Shown in pieces: positions 19,537 to 27,734 of a DNA stretch of 47,308 nt (position 1 is its first letter; every line of letters starts with the position of its first letter). Made by a program: the position numbers and the translations under genes. A model generated the notes under the pieces. The model worked only from the letters and a program-made list of their open reading frames with translations, was not told the origin of the DNA and made no database searches. Where the stretch lies: positions 1 through 47,308 of the IMG/VR virus record IMGVR_UViG_3300011441_000015. One strand, 5' to 3'. Source of the DNA: a virus. Lineage: Duplodnaviria; Caudoviricetes.

Positions 19537-19564
19537 AGTTAACATAATCCTACTTATCAGACTC
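19537..19564 (-). other. dif: XerC/XerD dif-like recombination site
   Basis: GAGTCTGATAA-GTAGGA-TTATGTTAACT; 11-6-11 layout; right arm 10/11 identical to the E. coli XerD arm TTATGTTAAAT. Confidence 0.8.
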
Positions 19565-19999
19565 AGTAGGGTTTTGCTGGGATAACTGCAGGGTTTCGCT
19601 TTGTACTAGTACTGGAGTAGGCGAAAGGCCTATGCCGATGTTGACCCGGCCAGCTCCTCCTACGATGACTGTCACGCTGCTCTGCTGCTCGTCGTGGAGC
19701 ACAGACAGGCCCTTCAGTGTGGCTACATGGTCGGCAGCGCGGCCATTCTTGACAATGTTGCGAGCCATCTTGAGGGACTGGCCGCGGAGATATAGCTTGC
19801 TGAGGTCTGTGCTGTCCGTGAGGTCAGACAGCCAGGCACTGATGACAGGCTGTGTGCAGCCAAGGCGTTTGGCTATTTCTGTTTGGGGCAAGCCTTCGCC
19901 GTGGTACTTCAGCATCAAGCCAATGTCGGCCTGTGTCAATCTCTTGACAGGCTTTCTAGTGGTTTGTACGGGTAGATCGGCCGTCGCCGCAGTCGGCAA
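19550..19999 (-). CDS. terS: Terminase small subunit candidate (N-terminal HTH)
   Basis: GLPQTEIAKRLGCTQPVISAWL HTH; directly upstream of terL; TTG start. Confidence 0.65.
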   Translation of the reverse strand: MPTAATADLPVQTTRKPVKRLTQADIGLMLKYHGEGLPQTEIAKRLGCTQPVISAWLSDLTDSTDLSKLYLRGQSLKMARNIVKNGRAADHVATLKGLSVLHDEQQSSVTVIVGGAGRVNIGIGLSPTPVLVQSETLQLSQQNPTESDK

Positions 20000-20124
20000 T
20001 TATGGATACTCCCGTTGAGGTTGCAGGGTAGCCATTGGCCGCTCTTGCTGGCGCGATAGCGCTTGCGGCGTAACTCTATGAGCTGGTGACAGGCACCGCA
20101 CACTTTGCGCGGGTAAACCGTCAT
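19936..20124 (-). CDS. Small Zn-finger-like protein
   Basis: CGAC...WLPCN...HNC. Confidence 0.45.
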   Translation of the reverse strand: MTVYPRKVCGACHQLIELRRKRYRASKSGQWLPCNLNGSIHNCRLRRRPIYPYKPLESLSRD

Positions 20125-20254
20125 GTTGCACTACCCTGTCAATATGATGGGGCTAGACTCATGATCTGTATCTACAAGATATGGTGCGATCTGAATTCGT
20201 TTCGCTGTGGGAGCGAAGCAATTCTGATTTGTGAGTGACAGGATGATTATCCTG

Positions 20255-20283
20255 TTGACACACTGATAACGTCTTGATACTCT
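20255..20283 (+). promoter_or_regulatory. Sigma70-type promoter
   Basis: TTGACA-17 bp-TACTCT upstream of the ORF at 20331. Confidence 0.7.
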
Positions 20284-20330
20284 CTGTTCATCGATTGGCA
20301 ATCACGCCAGCCTTGAAAGGTTGAGAGCAG

Positions 20331-20651
20331 ATGTCACAGACACTTCGCCCCGTTATCGGTCACTGGATGCGAGTTGAGCCCTTGAACCGTGCCGCATGGC
20401 CGGACTACCCCGCTGACGCCGCGCGCTATGGCAATCTGGCAGCCGTGGCCATGAACTTCTACATTCAGACGGGCAACACGGCTGAACTGCAAGCCGCGTA
20501 CGTCTATGCGCGTGATGCAGCCCGCGCCGGCAACATCGCACTGTTCGCGGCCATGACCTACGCTGAATGCAAGGCCGAAACGGACAGCCTGCGCGATGAC
20601 TCGTCAACCTTGGAGGTGTGTGATTCCGTCTTACATCATTCGCAATGCTGA
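20331..20651 (+). CDS. Hypothetical protein (plus-strand operon)
   Basis: Own promoter and GAAAGG SD. Confidence 0.65.
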   Translation: MSQTLRPVIGHWMRVEPLNRAAWPDYPADAARYGNLAAVAMNFYIQTGNTAELQAAYVYARDAARAGNIALFAAMTYAECKAETDSLRDDSSTLEVCDSVLHHSQC

Positions 20652-20772
20652 CCCCGAGCTGTGGCACGCGTTCCGCGCGCGTGCGGCCACGGAAGGCCAC
20701 AGCCTGCGGTGGCTCATCTTGGAACTGGTCCGGCGCTACGTGGCCGCTGGACTGGATCAACGCGCTCCGTAG
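20620..20772 (+). CDS. Ribbon-helix-helix (Arc/FitA-like) DNA-binding protein, 50 aa
   Basis: GGAGG SD then GTG: MIPSYIIRNADPELWHAFRARAATEGHSLRWLILELVRRYV; not in the ORF track. Confidence 0.7.
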   Translation: MIPSYIIRNADPELWHAFRARAATEGHSLRWLILELVRRYVAAGLDQRAP

Positions 20773-20914
20773 CCGTATAGCGCATGCTGCACTGGCGGCA
20801 GCGGCGGAATCGGCGGTAGCCCCCATGTGTCATCGGCTCACCGCTGATCACGTCGCTGTCCCAGTGGCCGCAGTGGGGGCATTGGGTTTTGGGCTGGCGC
20901 TGCTTAGTCCTCAT
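20714..20914 (-). CDS. NrdR-like Zn-ribbon protein lacking the ATP-cone
   Basis: CPHCGHWDSDVI...YRRFRRCRQCSMRYTATERV. Confidence 0.7.
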   Translation of the reverse strand: MRTKQRQPKTQCPHCGHWDSDVISGEPMTHGGYRRFRRCRQCSMRYTATERVDPVQRPRSAGPVPR

Positions 20915-21044
20915 CGACCTTGCGCTTGAGGATGTCTCTGATTTGTCGTACCGCGTCAGCAATCACTGCGATTGTGAACGCGCATACAGCCAACATTGCA
21001 AGAATACATAACAAAAACGTTGCAATCGCTTGTGTATCTGTCAT
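20904..21044 (-). CDS. Small membrane protein
   Basis: MTDTQAIATFLLCILAMLAVCAFTIAVIA; ATGA coupling to neuA. Confidence 0.5.
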   Translation of the reverse strand: MTDTQAIATFLLCILAMLAVCAFTIAVIADAVRQIRDILKRKVDED

Positions 21045-21760
21045 CGTTGCCCCCATCTGGCCTCAAGTGCAGCCCAATCGGCCATCGTATCCAGCTCGCA
21101 GGTTTCGTCTGGGGGAATGATGATCGGGATCGACTCGGGTCCGTAGATGTTGCCATACCGTGTCACGGTGCGGCGCCAGAACGCGTACACCGTGCCATCT
21201 CGGATGTAGGTCGGCCCCATCTCTTGTCGCCTGGTGGGCATGGACGGATCATCAAGGCCCACGGTGGGACGTTCCGCGCGCCTGAGACGCATCCGACCCG
21301 CGTAGGGCTGGCAGATCACCTGCATGGCGCCATGATGCGTGGCTGGCAACTCGACAACGCTGACCACGCTCGTGGCTGGCATCTCGCGCGTCTCGCGCAA
21401 GCGCGCGATCGCCTGTTGCACATGGGCCACCGTGCGCAAGGGCTGCGTGGGCTGAAGCAAGATTATGATTTGATCGTCGGGACCAGGGATCTGCTCGAGC
21501 GCATGTTGCACAACCGCAATCATCGGCGTGTCGTCTTGCGCCAGTTCCTCGGGCCTGTGGAGATTGATGTCGGTGTGTCCGGCCCGGTACGTATCGGTAA
21601 ACACAAACACATCCGATGACGTAACTACGGTCTCACAGCCAGCGTTCCGCGCGCATGTGCGGGCCAGCTCCACTAGCGTCTTGCCGCCCAGCTTGCGCCA
21701 GTTCTTACCCGGAATACCCTTAGACCCTGACCGGGCGGGAATCAATGCGAGCACTGACAT
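21041..21760 (-). CDS. neuA: CMP-N-acylneuraminate cytidylyltransferase
   Basis: LALIPARSGSKGIPGKN; RPEELAQD; LLQPTQPLR; ELDTMADW. Confidence 0.92.
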   Translation of the reverse strand: MSVLALIPARSGSKGIPGKNWRKLGGKTLVELARTCARNAGCETVVTSSDVFVFTDTYRAGHTDINLHRPEELAQDDTPMIAVVQHALEQIPGPDDQIIILLQPTQPLRTVAHVQQAIARLRETREMPATSVVSVVELPATHHGAMQVICQPYAGRMRLRRAERPTVGLDDPSMPTRRQEMGPTYIRDGTVYAFWRRTVTRYGNIYGPESIPIIIPPDETCELDTMADWAALEARWGQR

Positions 21761-22859
21761 TGGCTAACACCTCCGCAATGCGTGGCCCGGCATCCCCCGA
21801 CCCGTACAGGGCACTGCTGGGATACCGGCCATGCTCCAATTGGGCCAGAATGGCCTGAAGTATCGTTCCGCGCGCATGTGGCGCGTCCATCACGTTCCGC
21901 GCCCGCTCTCGCCCGTACTGTCGCAACCCCACGTTGACCACGGGCACGCCAAGGTAGCTGCATTCTCGAATGCCGGCGCTACTGTTGCCCACCAGTACCG
22001 AGGCTTGCGTGAGCAGCTTCAGGAACCGATCGGGTGGCAGGTTCCGCACGGTGCGCAGGCCAGGCCGCCGCTCACGCCAAGCCCGGATAGCCTTACTGCT
22101 GCCTTCCATGCCCGCATCCTGACCAGGCCAGAACACCACGCACGGCAGCAGCAATTGAGCACAGGCCGCTAAGGTTTCGCCCATCTCGTATTCCGCGTCG
22201 GCGGCGGTGCGCGTGTCAGGATGCTGGAGCACTACGAGGAAGGGTTGGTCGAGGTTGATGTCTGGTCCGCTGCCACCAAGCTCTGTAGACGTAACCGGCT
22301 CCGCTCCCTGAGCTGTGCGAGCACTGTCGATGGAGGGGCAGCCGGTTCTGTGGATACGCTCGCTTCTGCCGGTAAGACTGTAGACACGGAAGGCGGCAAG
22401 CTCGGTCGCGGGGAAATGGTCATCGGCAAGGGCGGTAATGCTGTCTCGGATTTTGTCGTCGATGCTTCCGCTGCGCTCGCCCCCTTGCAGATGTGCGAGT
22501 CGGACGTGTTGATACGCGACAGCCTGGGCCGCCCCGAGTACCTCGTGGCGATCGGCGCATACAAGGGCCACGTCTGGCCGCAGACGACGCACCGCTGCTG
22601 CCAGGCCGATGACAAGGTGCCCCGTTTCGCTTGCGGCGCTCTCTCCAGTATCGGCTTCGAGGGTGGAATATACCCGGTCCGTAACCGCGTACCCTTGATG
22701 TTTGAGCGTTTCTTCGACGTTGCCATACCGCTCCACCAGTGCGCTCGCGCACGTCACAATCTGTAGCTCCACATCCGGCCGCGCCTTGAGCGCACGGCAG
22801 ACCGGCTCGAGCTTGGCCCAGCTTGGTCGGGCTGTTAGGATGACCAGAACGCGCGTCAC
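21720..22859 (-). CDS. neuC: UDP-GlcNAc 2-epimerase (hydrolysing)
   Basis: ADRHEVL; HLQGGERSGSIDDKIRDSIT; GCPSID; LVGNSSAGIRE; YGSGDAGPRI. Confidence 0.92.
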   Translation of the reverse strand: MTRVLVILTARPSWAKLEPVCRALKARPDVELQIVTCASALVERYGNVEETLKHQGYAVTDRVYSTLEADTGESAASETGHLVIGLAAAVRRLRPDVALVCADRHEVLGAAQAVAYQHVRLAHLQGGERSGSIDDKIRDSITALADDHFPATELAAFRVYSLTGRSERIHRTGCPSIDSARTAQGAEPVTSTELGGSGPDINLDQPFLVVLQHPDTRTAADAEYEMGETLAACAQLLLPCVVFWPGQDAGMEGSSKAIRAWRERRPGLRTVRNLPPDRFLKLLTQASVLVGNSSAGIRECSYLGVPVVNVGLRQYGRERARNVMDAPHARGTILQAILAQLEHGRYPSSALYGSGDAGPRIAEVLANVSARIDSRPVRV

Positions 22860-23092
22860 TGGTGATGTGGCTCTGGTCCGCCACAGCCAAGGTCACAGGC
22901 GAGCAACTGTGCGTCGGTCAAATCGTGCGGCCACTCACGCGAAACACTCATGCCGCAATCGCCGGGCGAATAGCTCAGCATCACGTAGTACCACTCCCAC
23001 CACGCCCACTCACCGTGAATCCGCACGGGCCAGAAGGCGAATGCGCGTTTCCACAGCCGCTCATGCTTCGCGGGCCATCTCATGCGACCCAC
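22856..23092 (-). CDS. Hypothetical phage protein
   Basis: WKRAFAFWPVRI...WAWWEWY pattern. Confidence 0.55.
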   Translation of the reverse strand: MGRMRWPAKHERLWKRAFAFWPVRIHGEWAWWEWYYVMLSYSPGDCGMSVSREWPHDLTDAQLLACDLGCGGPEPHHQ

Positions 23093-23231
23093 CCGACCAG
23101 TCCCGTCTTCCCGTCTGGATCAGGCACGCTGCCGTCTGGATTCGCCGGGAACACGTCAAACACGCTCGCAAATTGGCAATGACACAGTTCCTCAAACGTC
23201 ACGTCGTCTAAGTCTGGTACCGTGATCTCCA

Positions 23232-23924
23232 TTAAGCTGTCCACCTGTCTCTGAACACTTGCCCCACGCCTGTCCGCATGGTCTCCACATCATCCGCGAA
23301 CTGGCGCAGCGCTCGAAAGTCTGCCGGCGTCTTTTCCCAGTCCCGCTCGCGCGTCAGGCCAGGCACCCGAAGATGGGCCTCAATCCAGGTCGCGCCAAGG
23401 CTGATCGCCTTGTAGCAGGCCGACAGGCCCACCACATGATCGGACCAGCCATCGAGCGACATGGCCCTGGTCACGCATTCGAGCGGGGTCGGGTAGAGCG
23501 GAATGGCTGTGAGATGGACCGCGCTCGCCGGCCAGACACCCGCCTGCTCGCCCCACGGCCAGGAAATGACCAGCGGCGCATTGTCGTACTCCCCCCACCA
23601 TGCCGCGTGGGCCTCACTGCTCGCAATCTTGAGCCGGTCCACGCCGAGCGCGCGCAAGTCCCGCAGCGACACCGCATCAAACGGCGTGGCCCAGAACTCG
23701 AGCCCATTGGCCTTGGCGTACTTGCACAACGATGCAATGGCATCGACATGCAGCCGGGACTGGTCCAACCACTGCGCTTGGGGATCGCGCGGGTTCACGG
23801 CCCCATAGTGTTGAATCTTGACCGCATCACAGCACGCCTCGGCGGCTGCCGCAATCATCTGCAGCGCCACCTGCACGTCCCCGTGGTGCGCCGTCCCTAA
23901 CTCTGCACACAATCGTGTCCGCAT
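23232..23924 (-). CDS. neuB: N-acetylneuraminate/nonulosonate synthase, TIM barrel only (frame is open upstream to 24332)
   Basis: AELGTAHHGD; DAVKIQ; ATPFD; LKIAS; YPTP; GWSDH; IEAH; own AGGAG SD before ATG 23924. Confidence 0.88.
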   Translation of the reverse strand: MRTRLCAELGTAHHGDVQVALQMIAAAAEACCDAVKIQHYGAVNPRDPQAQWLDQSRLHVDAIASLCKYAKANGLEFWATPFDAVSLRDLRALGVDRLKIASSEAHAAWWGEYDNAPLVISWPWGEQAGVWPASAVHLTAIPLYPTPLECVTRAMSLDGWSDHVVGLSACYKAISLGATWIEAHLRVPGLTRERDWEKTPADFRALRQFADDVETMRTGVGQVFRDRWTA

Positions 23925-24328
23925 TACGTCTCCTGCCGCTGACCGAGGAGCATTTGCACGCAAGTCCGCTTCGCTGATACGCTGATTCGTCTCAGCCGCA
24001 CGCCGTAACCGCTCCTCTAGCGGAGGGGTGTCGGGCCTGTCCGCTGGCTGGCGAGCACCACGCAAGGCCATCGCCGCATCTTGAAAACGCGGGTCGCCGG
24101 TCTTGGTGTGCCAGTCGAGCAGCCACAATTCCTGCTCGTTCCACGGCCTGTCCGCTGGGGGCGCAGGCTCCGCGGGCTTGCCTATGAACGCCTCCAGATG
24201 CGCGGCGGCATCGCGGATAATCTGCGCTTCCTCGTCGGTGAACTCGGGCTTTCCGCTGAGACAGGTCGTCTCAATCGTGACGAGGTTTTCACCATTCATG
24301 CACACGGTGACTGACCAGTGCGGGTTAC

Positions 24329-24559
24329 TCATCGTGGATGCTCCATCGTCGTGGACAATGTGGCACGCGCTGCTCCTGACCGCTCACATCTCGCGCAGGG
24401 TGCATCGCCGTTGTTAATCCACACGTCGCCGTCCTCATCGACGCAGACGTGACCGGGACACCCGCAGATGAGCGCCTGTCCGTCGAAGAACTCGCCCGTC
24501 TCGTTGCTTTCCGCCCCGTCATCTCCACAACAGGAGCACTCCAGCGTGGTAGTCATCAC
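24329..24559 (-). CDS. Cys-rich hypothetical protein
   Basis: CSCC, CGC and CARC motifs; coupled ORF. Confidence 0.5.
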   Translation of the reverse strand: MMTTTLECSCCGDDGAESNETGEFFDGQALICGCPGHVCVDEDGDVWINNGDAPCARCERSGAARATLSTTMEHPR

Positions 24560-24873
24560 TGCCCCTCCGGTACTCGGCGCTCGGGCTCGCCCAGATCATT
24601 CGACACATGGCGCCGACCGAACCTGTCTACTAGATACGAACCGTCTTGTTGCGGATAGACCATGTAGGGCTTGTGCTCATAGCAATACTCACCGCCGCCG
24701 GTTTGGACTCCGCACGCCTGACACTTCGCATCTGGCCGCTCGGGCTCGGCGGTGAGCAGGGAGAGGACGGCCGTAATGGCCTTCTGCCACCCCAACTCAA
24801 ACGGCCCGCGTGGTCCGTCATACTCGTGGTCGCGTATCTGCGCCACCAGTGCCGCCCGATCCATGTCAGCCAC
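24556..24873 (-). CDS. Hypothetical protein
   Basis: Coupled ORF with CQAC. Confidence 0.5.
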   Translation of the reverse strand: MADMDRAALVAQIRDHEYDGPRGPFELGWQKAITAVLSLLTAEPERPDAKCQACGVQTGGGEYCYEHKPYMVYPQQDGSYLVDRFGRRHVSNDLGEPERRVPEGQ

Positions 24874-25174
24874 CTTTCAGCATCTCAACAACCCACGCCA
24901 GCGCCCGCCCGTCCCGCACATGCTTGGGTGTGACCCTGATTACCTTCCAGCCCTGCACCAGCGCCGCGTTGTACTTCTCGCAGTCCTTCTCGATGCCGGT
25001 CCCGCGCGAGTGCCGGCCATTCACGAACCCGCCGCCGTCCACTTCCAGCGCCAAGCTCTTTTCGGGCCAGGCATAGTCAAAGCGCCAGCGGCGGCCGTTC
25101 GTGTCGAAGCGGTACTCCGTCACAGGCTCAGGCACGCGCGCCACCTTGAACTGCATGGGCAGGCTAATCTTCAC
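24866..25174 (-). CDS. PD-(D/E)XK endonuclease (Vsr/DUF559-like)
   Basis: EYRF...RRWRFDYAWP...LALEVDGG...GRH...KDCEKYNAA...GWKVIRVT. Confidence 0.8.
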   Translation of the reverse strand: MKISLPMQFKVARVPEPVTEYRFDTNGRRWRFDYAWPEKSLALEVDGGGFVNGRHSRGTGIEKDCEKYNAALVQGWKVIRVTPKHVRDGRALAWVVEMLKGG

Positions 25175-25283
25175 AGCCGCGCCCGCAACGCGCGATCCAC
25201 GACGCGGCGCCCCCACTGCCGGCAACAGCTCGCATACGACCGGCCCGCCTTGAACCGCACGCAAATACGCCACGCCGTGTCGC

Positions 25284-25721
25284 TCACAGTTCGCACTCCC
25301 ATCGGATCTTTTCCTGCACTGGATGGTGTGTTTCCCTGACCCGCGCTGGCCGGGACCAGCTTCCTCCGCCAGCGATTCCTGCTCTGTGCCACCCGACTGC
25401 ACGTAGGCTCGCGCCAGACTCCTCCGCGAGCGTGTAGGTCAAGACTTTCCGATAGCCCAATGCCTGCGCCGCGCGCTTCGATGCCCCATACAGAAACGAG
25501 CAGGCATTGCGAGTGCCGTCTGTCGCCACGCGAATCACTTCTGCCGTGGTCCCGTTGTCGAGCATCCGCGACACTGGCCGGCCCACCATCGCCACCCCAA
25601 TCAGTTCGCCCTCGTGCCATGCGGCCAGCGCGAACCGTGCGCCCTGCGGCGGATCGTGGTGACGATGGTGCTCAGCCACAAAGCGGCCCGCCTCACGAAT
25701 TGTGATCGGGCGCAACTCCAC
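25284..25721 (-). CDS. XF1762-family (Mom-like GNAT fold) protein
   Basis: FVAEHHRHH; GVAMVGRPVSR; EVIRVATDGTRNACSFLYGA; TYTLAEESGASLRAVGW. Confidence 0.75.
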   Translation of the reverse strand: MELRPITIREAGRFVAEHHRHHDPPQGARFALAAWHEGELIGVAMVGRPVSRMLDNGTTAEVIRVATDGTRNACSFLYGASKRAAQALGYRKVLTYTLAEESGASLRAVGWHRAGIAGGGSWSRPARVRETHHPVQEKIRWECEL

Positions 25722-25928
25722 CTAGAACGACACTTCCGGAGAACTATGCCAGCGCAGCGCGCATCCCTGAAAACCAGGCGCCGGCACGCAATGCGTGATG
25801 CCGGCCACGTCTACCACGCGATGCGTCGTGGTGCCGATGTAGAGCCGTTGAGGTTTGTCGATACGGTAGATGCGCCCGCCGTAGTCGTACTCGCGCCAGA
25901 GTTCTGTTGATACGTCTTTTGCTTCCAT
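25722..25928 (-). CDS. Hypothetical phage protein
   Basis: Strong AAGGAG SD; 68 aa. Confidence 0.65.
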   Translation of the reverse strand: MEAKDVSTELWREYDYGGRIYRIDKPQRLYIGTTTHRVVDVAGITHCVPAPGFQGCALRWHSSPEVSF

Positions 25929-25953
25929 CGTTTCTCCTTTGGTTTACTGTCGC

Positions 25954-26286
25954 TCATGCCGCCGCCCGTTTCCGCCGGTTGTCTTCCAGCACCCGCCGCG
26001 CGTTGTAGCCGCCCTGCCAGGCTGTTTTCAGCAGCTCCAACAGGTCATGCGCCGACATCGGCTTGCCCTGGACCCGCTGCAGAATCGCCCGGAATCTGGT
26101 GGACTGCAGCGTGTAGGAGTATTGCCGCCGCGCCATCGCGCCGCCCCGAACATGCACGTCTCGAGGCACGCAGGCCCGGCTGCACCAGCGGCAGGGGCGG
26201 TGCTCGCCTGTGCGTGTTACTCGGTAGGCGTGCTTCACGCGATTGGGGCAGCCGGCGCGCGCGCACATGGGTAACTCTGGCTTCAT
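25954..26286 (-). CDS. Hypothetical Zn-finger protein
   Basis: CARAGC...WCSRAC. Confidence 0.5.
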   Translation of the reverse strand: MKPELPMCARAGCPNRVKHAYRVTRTGEHRPCRWCSRACVPRDVHVRGGAMARRQYSYTLQSTRFRAILQRVQGKPMSAHDLLELLKTAWQGGYNARRVLEDNRRKRAAA

Positions 26287-26867
26287 GATGCTGCTTTCCA
26301 TTGCTTGTAATCTCCGCCTGACCGCTCGCGGTATTCCGCCCACGGAAACTTGCGCCGCAATGACTCGTCCTGCAGCGTCAATAGACCTGCCCGCGCCGCG
26401 TCAGGCTGAAGGCAGAACACCCATCGATCCTTGACCGCCTGCCGCCCGGTGCCCCAATCCCCGTTGCCGCTCGGTGGCTCCCTGAGCCGATGCCACGTCG
26501 GCGCCCAGAGCCAGTTGCACGCACGGTAGAGCGCGCCCGTGTGCCCGACTGACGGGTCCGAGTAGCTGACGACCGTGGTCACGCCTGGCCGCGTCTCGCG
26601 CAACCACTTGACCACCGCCCGCCACTGCTGCGATCCGCCATTCTTTTCGCCGTAAAGGCACCAGCGAACAAGTTCCAGCCATGTCTCCTGCGGGAGTCTG
26701 CGCGATGACGGATTCGCCAGCACGAGCACCCCGAACCGATCCCGATACGCCTCGCCCCGATTGATAGGGCCGAGGTAGTGCCGTTCTTCCAGTATTTGAT
26801 TCACAGTCAAGGCATCGTCCTCCATTGGGAGAACACATTGCCGAGAACGTGTGACAGCCGAGGTCAC
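26283..26867 (-). CDS. Mom-family adenine-modification protein
   Basis: ERHYL; WLELVRW; VVSYSDPSVGHTGALYRACNW. Confidence 0.75.
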   Translation of the reverse strand: MTSAVTRSRQCVLPMEDDALTVNQILEERHYLGPINRGEAYRDRFGVLVLANPSSRRLPQETWLELVRWCLYGEKNGGSQQWRAVVKWLRETRPGVTTVVSYSDPSVGHTGALYRACNWLWAPTWHRLREPPSGNGDWGTGRQAVKDRWVFCLQPDAARAGLLTLQDESLRRKFPWAEYRERSGGDYKQWKAAS

Positions 26868-27047
26868 TTACTCATCCTTTAGCTTCTGGAAGTCCCCCGG
26901 CTTGCGCCGCACGGGCACATACTGCGCCTCGCAGCGCCGCCGCCAGTCCTGCAACTGCGCGTCCTTCTCTGGGGATGGGGGCAGCTTGCAGATGGCCTCC
27001 AGCTCCCGCCACAAGTTGCGGCCGGTCTGGGTGATCTCTGGGCTCAT
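26868..27047 (-). CDS. Hypothetical protein
   Basis: MSPEITQTG; ATGA coupling. Confidence 0.5.
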   Translation of the reverse strand: MSPEITQTGRNLWRELEAICKLPPSPEKDAQLQDWRRRCEAQYVPVRRKPGDFQKLKDE

Positions 27048-27340
27048 GCCGGTTCCTCCCCGCGCACGATGTCCACCACTGAGAATGCCGCGGCTGGATA
27101 GTAGCGGCCCTTGTGTCGCAGCCCGCTCCGGATAATCCGGGCCGCTTTCCACTCCGCGTGCCACTTGGAGTCCGCATCCCCACCGTAGTAATCGTGATAC
27201 CCCACCACCGTTAACGACAACACCTCGCCGCTGTGTAGCGTGCAGCGGACCTCGTAGGGGATGGTCATCTCGACATGCCACGCACGGCGGTTGGCCCGCT
27301 TGCGTTCCTGTCGCTGTGCCCACCACGTCCTCAGGCTCAT
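27044..27340 (-). CDS. Hypothetical protein
   Basis: Coupled 98-aa ORF. Confidence 0.55.
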   Translation of the reverse strand: MSLRTWWAQRQERKRANRRAWHVEMTIPYEVRCTLHSGEVLSLTVVGYHDYYGGDADSKWHAEWKAARIIRSGLRHKGRYYPAAAFSVVDIVRGEEPA

Positions 27341-27732
27341 GCCTCACCTCGCTCGGCGCGCTGCCGGTCGCGCTCATCCCTGGTCCCGCTCGTACACCAC
27401 GCCTGCATGTGGCAGGGCGGCACATGCGGACAGACCCACTCCTGCCGTGCTGCTGGTGCGGGCTCGACGTAATCATCCCAGCGGCCCCCGCGAATCCACT
27501 TCGCCGGCGTCGTCCGATAGCCGAGCCGCCACTTCTCGGTCCGACTGTGCGCCGCCACCGCCTCGATGCACCGCTGCTCGAACGCGGCATTCGGACGAGG
27601 GCAGGCCTTGATCCACTCCCGCCGCGCGTCCAGTCTCGCCTCCCGCCAGTCCGGAGGCAAGGACTGCCACCAGCGGACGAAGTCCGGCCGGGTGTCCATC
27701 GACGGCTGACTGCCGTAGGGGAGGAGCTTCAC
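27337..27732 (-). CDS. Protein resembling the C-terminal domain of phage replication initiators
   Basis: DFVRWWQSLP...ARREW...KW...TPAKWIRGGRWDD resembles FxxFWxxYP...PATWLNxxRWED. Confidence 0.55.
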   Translation of the reverse strand: MKLLPYGSQPSMDTRPDFVRWWQSLPPDWREARLDARREWIKACPRPNAAFEQRCIEAVAAHSRTEKWRLGYRTTPAKWIRGGRWDDYVEPAPAARQEWVCPHVPPCHMQAWCTSGTRDERDRQRAERGEA

Positions 27733-27734
27733 GG

